Source of the DNA: Eledone cirrhosa
Lineage: Eukaryota
Assembly (NCBI GenBank): GCA_964016885.1
Contig: OZ024745.1
Location: 114,514,001-114,578,000 of the forward strand
Direction: 5' to 3'
DNA: 64,000 nt
Position numbers and translations under genes: made by a program. Under the pieces are notes generated by a model. It was not told the DNA's origin. It searched no databases and was given only the letters and a program-made list of their open reading frames with translations. This document shows, in pieces, positions 54,345 through 64,000 of this stretch. The number at the start of each line of letters is the position of its first letter. Position 1 is the stretch's first letter.

Positions 54345-55109
54345 CTAACAAAATACAAGGGATAACTTTTGTTAGCTTTCAGTCCCATGGCAGTATTGCA
54401 TTAAGACATTAAATTAAATGAATGAAAAGAGATACAGAGAAATGTTTACAGTGGTTGCTCCACAGTAAGGTAAACAAGATATTCAGCTGTCAATGTTGAG
54501 TCCACTATGGCTTGGGAATGATGAGACTAGTTTAAAAAGGGCTACAGTATGAGAACTTTTAGCATGACCAAGAGTTTTTAAGGGAATTATCAGGGATTGG
54601 TACAGAAATGACATACTTATGATTTTAAATAGTGCAAGTGATGTTCACAGAAAAAAATAGATTTAATACTAAACTCGAAATCATACAAGACTTAATAGCA
54701 CCCCATCTTACATTCATACACACTCTATTTACCTGAATATCATGAGACATGTATCTATAAGTTTCAGCAAGAGAATCAGCACACGACTACTTTAACTTGG
54801 CACTAACATACAGCATATGTTAATATAATAACTCTGATCTGTTCAAACTGTGTGGTTTTATCCCCCAACAGCCACCATATGTCATTATATTAACCCTAGT
54901 GTATTCCTAAATGTGGCTTTATCTGCTCCCCCCCCCCCACCACTACCACCACCACCACACACATGCATGCAGCATATATCATTACATTAACTCTGGTGTA
55001 TCCCAATGTGTGGTGTTATCCCCTCCACCACCACCACCACCACCACACACACACACATGCTCACATACATTCTTTCTCGTATACAATAATTACCTATTAA
55101 CCATCAGAG

Positions 55110-55370
55110 TCTTTGGAGTAACATTACATGATAAGGTGCATAGCTCATATCAGGGAGTCGCTACACATCTGAATTGATAGATCTCAGCTCCAGTACTATG
55201 GAGGACATGTGGTTAGAATGTTTAAGGAAAGAATTGCTGGACAGATTTTACAGGAAAAAACCAACCAGGGAAATGGCTGTGCTCACTATATGCAGAAAAG
55301 GAGATGGTAGTATATCTCCAGATGATGTACACAATGTATATGGATACACAAGAGATGTAGTGGGATAGAA
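55110..55370 (+). mobile_element. RTE LINE 3' fragment
   Basis: Homologous to 43850-44200 (GVTLHDKVHSS..GHVVRMFKERI). Confidence 0.65.
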
Positions 55371-55399
55371 GGCTGTCTAAAAGAAAAAGTAAATTTTGT

Positions 55400-55520
55400 G
55401 TGCAACAAAAGATAGCAGCCCACTTGGGGAAGGAGCCCCGTGAGGTGGAGTGGCTATTGCAGTAGGTGTCTCTGACCATTCTTCGCGGTAATGCCTTTGC
55501 AGGGCGTAGCTGAAACACCA
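55400..55520 (+). mobile_element. Possible CRE/REL-endonuclease non-LTR retrotransposon 3' remnant
   Basis: REVEWLLQ*VSLTILRGNA resembles the QRxSxAIQRGNA C-terminal motif of CRE-clade elements. Confidence 0.45.
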
Positions 55521-56789
55521 CTCAGACTGGGGTATAGTATCTGTCCCTCCACCTCTCCCTTTCTTTTGTTGCTTAGTTCCTTTTTTTCTTTTTCTTCTTT
55601 TCATTTCCTTTCCCACCTTTAATGATGTGTTTTGTTATTGCATAAATAGCTTTGTTACCATTATAAATATAATAAAGTACAGAGGAAGTTGGTAGCAAGA
55701 ACCCCAGTAAAATAAACTTTTGCCAATCCCAGGAAGGCACATAAAGTAGTTGATAGCTTCTGTTACCCAGGTGATCCAATTATCAACGTAGAAGTTTGCT
55801 TTCAAAGAATAGTAATTAAAATAAAATCAGAATGGAAAAAGTCCAGTGACCACAAAAGAAAACATTTTATGGGCAAGAGACATTAATTCTGCATGTTACT
55901 CGGGAAGGGTTGTCTCCCTTGATTTGTTTTGCGTAAAAGGCAAGTAAAATCTGTAGTACACACACACACACATATATACACATATATATATACGCACATA
56001 GATACTTTTATGCAAGGTTCTTGATAAAATGATTTGTTTTTAATAATAGCCTCAGATTACCAAATATCTTTTTCATTGGAATTTGGTAGACGGAAACTAT
56101 GCTAAAGACCGTTGTATATACACACACGAGTGTTTGTGTGCGTGTGTATCTTCCGCTGTTGTATATCGGAAACAAAACAAAACAAAATAGGATTTCTACT
56201 ATAGGCTCAAGGCCAGCAATTTTGAGGGGAGGGGGAGTCGATTAAATCGATCCCAGTGTGCTACTGTTGCTTTGTTTTATCGACCCCGCAATGATGAAAG
56301 GCAAAGCTAACCTCGGCGGGATTTGAACTCAGAACGTAAAGGGCCGTAATAATAAAACGGAGCTCTGCTAACGAATCACCTTTCTATATTTGTTCTGCAA
56401 TTCTTTTGTCATTTTCGCCATCAAAAATTGTATGATCAAGTGATTGGTGCATTGGAAACCTGTAGCGAATGATGCTGTTGTTTACCAACTGTGATATAAT
56501 ATAAAACAAATAAAAGTTGTGTCTGAAATAGCATCTTTAACCCGTAGAATGTAACTGGAAAATAAATGAAGGGAAACAACTTTGACAGGCTTATTATATC
56601 ATCTAGGTGACCACCACTTCACTCCCATTCAAAAATACGATTACGCTATTGTTTTGTTTAATTATATTTCTAAGGAACGAATATCAGAATAAAAATGTGT
56701 CACTATATTTTTTTTAAGTTTTAAATATATACATAAATAACATTACAAACTGCTCACAATTCTTTTAGAATGAAAATATAAACACATAT

Positions 56790-56965
56790 AATTGTTTCTA
56801 CTTTAGGCACAAGGCCAGCAATTACCCAGTACATTACTGGTACTTTATTTTATCGACCCCGTAAGGATGAAAGGCAAAGTTAACCTCGGCGGGATTTGAA
56901 CTCAGACTGTAAAGGGACGTAACTATGGTAGAAAGCATGGCGTCCAACCCTCTACCGATACTGCA
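56790..56965 (-). mobile_element. Family-A SINE, young subfamily (another copy at 56190-56380)
   Basis: Matches the family-A consensus. Confidence 0.85.
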
Positions 56966-57599
56966 AATTCACCAAATACTGCTAGGAACCGCACAAATAT
57001 AACGCACCAAAATATATGACTAGAGCAAGAGAGAGAAAAAGTGGGAAGCGAGAAAGAGAGAAAAAAATGGGAAGCGAGAAAGAGAAAAAATGTGGGGGGT
57101 GGACACAAAAACGACCATCAATTCACCTCCAAGTGCGACAATCGGCCGCACATCACAAAAGTTAACAGAATGTTTTGAGGCAAGCCAATACGTTCGCAGT
57201 ATTTCTACGGGAGATGGTGAGGCTAAGGCACTGAAACAACCAGGGACCCTCACGGACATCAACTGACACCAGCGATGAGAAGAACTTCGTTGTCAGCGGC
57301 TACTCCATCAAACATCTTGAAAGCCACAGGCGAGCAGAAAATAATTGTTAGATAGTTTATTCCGTTCGGCAACGGAAGCAGTGACCCTCACATTAACCGC
57401 GGCATCCATGATGTGGGAGGGAACAAATGAGACACGTGCTTCTTACACAGTGACAAAGGGTAAGGCCGTCAGGTCTTTTCCCATTATGTCTGGACAATCG
57501 AGCAAAACTGAGAGGATATTTACCCGAGATAGGGCCCGTTTATACTGGCTTCGATTCTTGTTACGATTTAAACTGACGAGTAAGGCGAGGTCAATGTGA

Positions 57600-57960
57600 A
57601 TGTGGCATGAGGTCAATGACATCCAAGGTGCAGATGTCATTGCAATAGCGGTAGAAATGTGGGCTAGAAGCCGGAATATGTCTGTCAGTGACTTCATACT
57701 AATCAGATGAGTGGCCCCTTTCTGCACTTGGTCTAGGAAGTATGTATGTGTGGCAGCAGCATTGTCCCAGGACATTGGAGAGGGTCTGAAGTTGTTAAGG
57801 GTTGAAGTATTTTCTGACTCTGAATAGAAGGACCAGTCTGTTAGATGCAGTTCTAGCTATGTTTAGGACAAGCAGTTGCCCCGAGAGGTCCTTAATGGAG
57901 CAAACACAAGGGCTTTTCTAATTCCATGCTGTTCATGTTTAAGGGTGGTGATATTTTACT
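57600..57960 (-). mobile_element. CR1/L2-group LINE RT C-terminal fragment
   Basis: HVLNIARTASNRLVLLFR..WDNAAATHTYFLDQVQK.AT.LI..LAH, typical of the post-RT region. Confidence 0.6.
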
Positions 57961-60419
57961 CCCATACACATATGATCAACAAAGCAAATGAAGAATAACA
58001 ATAAAAATAAAGCTGATCTTTTACTGATTTAGTTTCGGTTACTCGACTGATCTGCGATCATACAGGGACAACTTTTTAAAGGGTTTGAGCGATCATATCT
58101 ATGCCAGTACTTATTTTAATCTATTACTAATCGATCTTAATTTACCGAACAATTACGTTAAAAGTAAGAACACACTGAAACACGCATGTATATATATCTA
58201 TGTGTGTGTGTATGTGTCTGCGTATATGTTCCTTTATATGTATGTATGTTTATTCGTGTCCCATAATCTGGTGGTTCCACAAAAAGTACTGGGTCGATAT
58301 GACCGTCTAAAGTTTTTAAGGTGGTGTCCCAACGCGGCCGCAGTCAAATGACTGAAACCAATACGTCAGTAAGCTAAAAAAACGACAATTAGATAAGCAA
58401 TCATTGTAGTCCCCGTCTGAAATGGACCTCCATCGGTTTCAGAGATGAGTGTTTCAGTTGTTCGATCAACAGAATTGCTTGCTCGTGAAATTAGCACGCA
58501 AGTGGCTGAGCATTCCACAGAAACGTGTAGCCTTAATGTAATACTCGAGGAGATTCAACAGGACACTGTCCGTGACCAGCCTGGTCTTTTGAATTCGAGA
58601 TACAGTTCGCCTGACAAACCTCCAAACAATTTCTGTCTACTCAATTTCACTTACGAGACATGAATTGACTCCAGGCTTTGTTAAATAACTGTTTCTACTT
58701 TAGGCACAAGGCCAGCAAATACCCAGTGCATTACTGGTACTTTAAATAACATTTACCTAAGATGGCATGTCATATAATCTAACTCGGGGCATAATGATTG
58801 TAAAGGAAATCCCTTAACCCTGATATGTCCACAGATCCATATTTAGTACATGATAAATTCACCTCTGTTCATCAACATCGTATGCCTATAAATATATTTA
58901 GTAAAAGGGAGATTGCAATTTTAAAAAAAAGTTATTTCCCACCACGTGGGTGGAATATGTATCTCAGATCCTTTGTCGATGATAATGATGATGATGACAA
59001 TCTTAATTCTCATTGCACGGTAGTAGTAGTGTAGGAGGGGGAGAAGGAGGAGGAATGCCCTATCTTTACAATTCGATTTCTATGTAGACTTATGAACGGA
59101 GGCGTTTACGTCATATTGACGAAATATATACGTCACAGATGTTTAGTGGGAAAAAAAAAAAAAAAAATCATCAATCAATAAATGAATTTCTGAACGGTTG
59201 TCAGCCATTGACAACGAACTGGTTCGAAATGGACGTAAACATTGACAAATAAATAAGTTATCAATCACTATATCTCTGATGTAAGAAAAGTAAAATAAAT
59301 ATTTGTGACAGGAATATTGTGTAAAGGATCCTACATAAGATATATGTATGTATATACATGGATATTTCAGTATAATTACAGGGTTGAAATTAATTTAGAT
59401 CTTGGGTAAAGATACTGGTAAAGTTTCCGATCTTATCGCAAGTACATTTTACCTTTACACCCACATAAAATGGATATAAAATCTTTTTTTATTTTAAGGA
59501 AAAAAAAAAAAAAAAAAAAAAAAAACATTTTTCAAGTCACATGTTCGCATTACCATACCCACCACAATGTTTTGGTTTTTAAACTACAAAATTAACTCGA
59601 TTTTTTAAAGAAATTTGCAGAATACCTGAGCAAAATAATTGGTGAATAGAAATCAAACGGCCAAGGAGGGTAGCAATTTAGGCTGCGACAAAAATAATTA
59701 AACAAATAATATTTTTAATTGCTTTTTAATTGACAACACATGACATGTACGCAATGACAATACAATTTATATGGTGGTATTTCATGTATGGGGAAAACAT
59801 TATATTTTATTCAATATCATGAAAAAATAAAACCTAAAATGTGGGTCTTTTTTCTGTCTCTCCACCGTGGATTTCAAATACAAACGAAATGTATACACCT
59901 ATGTGTGTGTGCGCGTCGTTTAAATTGAAACGATTGAGAAAAAACGTTCTTAAACAAATAGTAAGAAATGCCGAAAGAACGTTTCTGCAAAATTTCAAAT
60001 GCTGTTGCTTTAATTTTTTAAGGATGAAGATATAATTTCGCATGGAGGTGCCATATATTTATACACATATTAAGGGCGGTGGAATTGGGAGGGCCCTCCG
60101 CTAATTATATTTTTCTCTCCAAACTACCAAAACATTTATTTGTATATGAGCTACAATTTATGTACATGTTATGTTTGTCACATATCATTTTTTTTTATAT
60201 CTTGGTTGATATTTGATAATAACAGATAAACTAATCACTACAAACTAAGTTGACCAAATTCCCCCCCCCCCCCCATTCAGTAATGCTTCCACCGTCCCTG
60301 ATATAATTAATGTAATTGGTTGTCATTTGAAATAGAAACATTGAAAAAGTGAAAGAATGCAATTCACTGCCCACATGACTTTCATTATAGTAATTGAAAT
60401 GATATACTAATGCTTTCAT

Positions 60420-60860
60420 TATTGAATACATCGGTAGGGCGTCGGACAACATGCTTTGCGGTATTTAGTTACAGTCCTTTACACTGAGTTCAAATCCTGC
60501 CGAGGTTAGCTTTGCCTTTCATACTTACAGGCCCGATAAAATAAAGTACCAGTAATGCACTGAGGTCGATTTAATCAACTTTCCCCTCCCACCAAAATTG
60601 CTGGCCTTGTGCCTAAATCAGAAACCATTATTGAATATGCATTAACAGAATCGTTAGAGCATCTGACAAAATATCACGTGATGTTTGTTCCTGCTCTCTA
60701 CATTCTGAGTTCAAATTCCATTTAGATCAACTTTACGTTTCACCCTGTAATGGGGGGAGGGGACGATAAAGTATAGTACTAGTCAAGTACTGGGTTAACT
60801 TTATCAACTAACACTTACTCCTAAATTGCCAGCCTTGTGCCTAAATTAGAAACCATTATT
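60420..60860 (+). mobile_element. Two tandem family-A SINEs
   Basis: GAGTTCAAATCC B box, GCCTTTCAT core and GGCCTTGTGCCTAAAT..GAAACCATTATTG tails. CATTATTGAATA is repeated at the junctions. Confidence 0.8.
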
Positions 60861-61730
60861 GTATACACTTTAAATGGCAGACACTGCTCAAGCGCTATTG
60901 AGAAAATCTGCCACAAGAGGGCAAGAAGAAATTGTAGGACTTTCCATAATGTTTTTAAAAGTCTTTTTTTTTTTTCTTTTTTCTTTGTCTTTATTATTTT
61001 TCACTTCACTCAAATTCTTATTCTGTACCTTTTTGGGGGGTGGGGGTGACCAGGTGCTAGCTTTCATCTAGAGTTGTCTCAGGATGGCAATCAAATTTGA
61101 GCTCTAAATTAAGAGCAATTCAATGGTTACTGAATGGAATCAGTTCTACCGAGGTGTAACTTTGGAATGCTCTACTAAAATTCTGAGCCAAAAAAGGCAA
61201 ATTAGAGTTATTGTGGAAACTGATGAATTTAGATTTACTCAACACAAAAACAGTGCTGTAAGGGAACAATGGAGCATTGAATATTGTGAGTTTGAAAGAA
61301 GAGTCTTTCTGATTCCCATTAAAAATAAAAGTGCTGAGATTCTAGTCAATTATTGTGCAATGGATTGTTCCAGTGATCATCATTTGGTTGGACATATGGA
61401 CAACCTGTAACAACCAGCACTATTTGGGATTTAAACATGGTCTTATTAAACACTGAAGAAATTTTGTAAATTCTGTAACTTGAGTATATACGAATAAATT
61501 TAAAACTGTGGAAGTGCATGCAAAAAGCAAGTTTAAAGTTATGAATGGAACAACACATGATATATGATCGATAACTAGTTTGCTGAATTTGTAGATTTAT
61601 AGGATTAGTGACAAAGCATGTTTCAATGTTTGGAGTAAAGTTACCACTTAGCCTTATTCTTTCCAAACTAGAGATTTTTAAAAATAAATGTCAAAGACTT
61701 TTTGGTGGATAAAAAAACAACAAAAATAAT

Positions 61731-61892
61731 AATTGTTTCTACTTTAGGCACAAGGCCAGCAATCACCCAGTGCATTACTGGTACTTTATTTTATCGACCC
61801 CGTAAGGATGAAAGGCAAAGTCAACCTCGGCGGGATTTGAACTCAGATCGTAAAGGGACGTAACTATGCTGGAAAGCATGGCGTCCGACCCT
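61731..61892 (-). mobile_element. Family-A SINE, young subfamily
   Basis: Near identical to 40853-41031. Confidence 0.88.
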
Positions 61893-62174
61893 AATAATAA
61901 TAATAATAATAATAAACTGCATAGCTTTTTATGTGAATGTGTGATATCAAACATAATAACTTTACAAGTTATTGTAAAGCTAATATTAGCAATGAAGGTG
62001 CAAATGTGTCATTGAGCCATAATTTCATTGTAAAATTTAGGAGCCTGTCACCTTACACTCAATATTGATTTCTAAATTAAGCATAAGGTCATATATTTTT
62101 GGAAAAGTATATAGTCAATTAAATCGATTAGTACTTATTTTTTGTAATGTGCACAAATTACACACACACACACA

Positions 62175-62620
62175 CACATAAAGAAGTCTAGGGAGCTACT
62201 GCCTCTGTTGACTGTTTCATTGAAAGATGCCTGTGTGCAAAATGAAATGCTGTATAGTAGTGAGACATGAGCAGTGAATGCAGAAGATATGCAAAGGCTG
62301 GAGAGAAATGAAGAGAGCATGCTTTGATGGATGTGCAATATTAATGTGCAAAAACAACAAAGCATGGATGAACTGAGAAAGAAACTAGCTATAAGAGGAA
62401 TCAGATGTAGTGTGCAAGAGAGGAGACTGCAGTGGTATAGACATGTGATGTGTATGTATGATGATTGTTGCATGAAGAACTGTCAAGGAACCCCAGTAGA
62501 TGGAAGCCACAGTAGAGGAAGACCTTGGCAGAGGTGGTAAAAACTGATCTCAAATCACTGAGGTTAACAGAAGAGATGTCAAAGGTGCACGAGAATTGGA
62601 AGTAAAATGTTGATGATGAT
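62175..62620 (+). mobile_element. RTE-clade LINE 3' fragment
   Basis: MLYSSET*AV..RLERNEESML, RRLQWYRHV, RGRPWQRW and a (GAT)n tail. Confidence 0.8.
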
Positions 62621-63439
62621 ACAGTAAAATATTCAGTAGGCTCTCTGTGAAGAGAAGCTATTTCTGCAGACCCTCCTTGTAATGAAAAATAAGATAAATG
62701 GAGGATCCTAGAGTAGTCGAGACCATACATCTATGAAACAAAAAATGTTCCCTCTGCCTCAGTGAAAAATTCAGGATTTTATAGGGTTTGAGCTCGTTAA
62801 AAAAGTACCTGAACTCTAAAAATGAGATGTTTAACGACTACACACACCTCAAGAGACACCTACTCTTGTCAAGAAAAAGACCACCCACTAAACATTCTGT
62901 CAACAGATGTACTATATCTGATCACTCTTTTCTACATGTCAATCTCTTATACCTGTAACTATCTTCCACAACCTGCACCATGCTATCAAATGACTAGAAT
63001 TTTTAACAACCAAACACACAGACACAGAAATATACACACATTACAGCAATTCACATTGAAACAAGAGTTGCCTCCCTTAGAAAACGGTTCAACAGATTTT
63101 CCAGGTTACAGCCTCTTTCCACACACTACTTCATTACGAGATCTGCAGCTGATGAAATAAGCTTAAGTCTTGCAATGATGCTTTATGTATTCTGCACCAC
63201 AGTGTACAGTCTACAATAGTTACCATGCCTACGTCTTGAAGCCTAAGGTAGTGCAATATATATTATGTGTATGAACCCTAATATATGTATGTGTTGTATA
63301 TATCATCATCACCACCATTTAACATCAATTTTCCCATACTAGCATATATATATATATATTATCATCCTCATCACCATCATATTAAAGGTGTTAAAATGCT
63401 AAATATCTTTTTACACTGTATCTCACTATTAGATTTTTA

Positions 63440-64000
63440 ATGGAAAGCTTGTGACTCCACAACCTCTCTTTAAAACATGTCCTTATAGCTGAATCTGTAG
63501 AGATGAAATTGTCTGGTTGTTTGTCCCTGAGTAGTCAATGAAGACTATGACTTTGACATCTTGATTTATTGAGTTTTAAGGCATTTATTGCACAATTGTC
63601 TGTAAAAAGATGGTTACGGATATTGGTGGTTTAGACTTTCATGCCTATTTTATATCATGCAATGTAGTGGATGTGAACATCTGGAGGAGGATTATCCCTG
63701 AACACATCTATGAGCTTTGCTGAGGACATACTAAACAGTCTTGGTGCCAGTATACAAACCCATTTACATCATTGCTGACAGAAAAATATGTAGATGCTTC
63801 AACATTTTCAAGAATATGAGTCAATATTCCATAGTGAAATTATTTGAAAATGTTGGTAAATTTATCTAGGTAACCAAACTTCCACATAATCTTCCAGAGG
63901 CCTTTGTGACTTGAGTTGAATGCTTTGGTTGTGTCAACAAATGTAGTATATAGTTCCCAGGGTCGTTCTTGGCATATCTACTGTAGTTGTCATGCAGCAA
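63440..64000 (-). mobile_element. Decayed RTE-like LINE reverse transcriptase, continuing past the window edge
   Basis: AA*QLQ*ICQE..LYTTFVDTTKAF...GLWKIMWKFGYLDKF resembles RT domains 2-3 (FVDLTKAFD). Confidence 0.75.

Noticed and set aside
59626-59682. 57-nt minus-strand exon candidate (CAG...CAG|GTATT)
   Set aside because: Weak donor, and its only open frame is phase 2, incompatible with the phase-1 EGR exons.

Overview
AT-rich animal genomic DNA, dense in (TA)n/(CA)n microsatellites, tRNA-derived SINEs and decayed LINE/LTR/DNA transposons. The repeat landscape and protein N-terminus suggest a mollusc, most likely an octopus or other coleoid (inference). The one clear host gene is a minus-strand EGR/Krox/stripe-family zinc-finger immediate-early gene. 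Exon A CDS is 13204-12991, followed by a phase-1 intron of about 8 kb and exon B CDS 5027-3445, giving about 598 aa with three C2H2 fingers (RSDELTR/RSDHLTT/RSDEKKR). Its promoter has a TATA box, three identical CArG boxes (CCATATATGG), an ETS site, CRE-like sites and CCAAT boxes. Two signals not shown by the ORF track stand out. (1) A well-formed 69-nt phase-1/1 exon at 54276-54344, 41 kb upstream, can splice in frame to the EGR exons and suggests a long N-terminal isoform. (2) A set of hammerhead-ribozyme cores, two with an intact catalytic core, often lies inside fold-back inverted repeats next to (TA)n tracts, resembling Penelope-like/retrozyme modules. Nearly all other listed ORFs are microsatellite or transposon artefacts.
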